A stretch of 64,000 nucleotides of DNA from Gracilinanus agilis (Eukaryota). A model generated the notes under the pieces. The model was not told where the DNA came from and did no database searches. It saw only the letters and a program-made list of their open reading frames with translations. The position numbers and the translations under genes are program-made. The DNA lies in NCBI RefSeq assembly GCF_016433145.1, contig NC_058135.1, positions 277,155,697 through 277,219,696 of the forward strand, read 5' to 3'. Of the stretch, positions 63,897-64,000 are shown piece by piece (position 1 is the stretch's first letter; each line of letters starts with the position of its first letter).

Positions 63897-64000
63897 CAGA
63901 AACTGAGTTTTGATGGAAATTAAGGATTCTAAGAGACAGAGATGGAGAGGGAATAAATTTCAGAGATGAGGGATAACCATGCTGATAAGAGATGAAATAT

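Noticed and set aside
1-64000. CRISPR arrays, operons or other prokaryote-type systems
   Set aside because: The DNA is mammalian. The recurring ~180-bp sequences are dispersed SINEs, not spaced direct-repeat arrays.

Overview
This is AT-rich, repeat-dense vertebrate DNA from a class II olfactory receptor (OR) cluster. The repeats (SINE1_Mdo-like SINEs, Mar1-like CORE-SINEs, OposCharlie-like hAT MITEs, marsupial-type L1) point to an opossum (Didelphidae); that taxon call is an inference. There are four intact single-exon OR ORFs: two OR8U3(OR5R1)-like genes on + (14794, 33100) inside an old 12-14 kb tandem duplication, plus an OR5AL1-like and an OR8U1-like gene on -. A fifth, shattered OR5AL-like pseudogene (about 45187-47520) does not appear as a recognisable OR in the ORF track. 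At the left end is a GSKIP retrocopy with target-site duplication (TSD) and poly(A) that kept 399 nt of intron-like sequence between its two coding exons. The rest is L1, SINE, LTR, L2, CR1, RTE and hAT relics, often nested, with four N-gaps. I found no convincing new multi-gene system. The most interesting signals are the semi-processed GSKIP retrocopy, a minimal uORF abutting the start codon of both OR8U3-like genes, a 196-bp locally templated insertion inside an L1, and independent LTR insertions upstream of both paralogs. Gene and repeat family names come from my recall of reference sequences, not from a database search.
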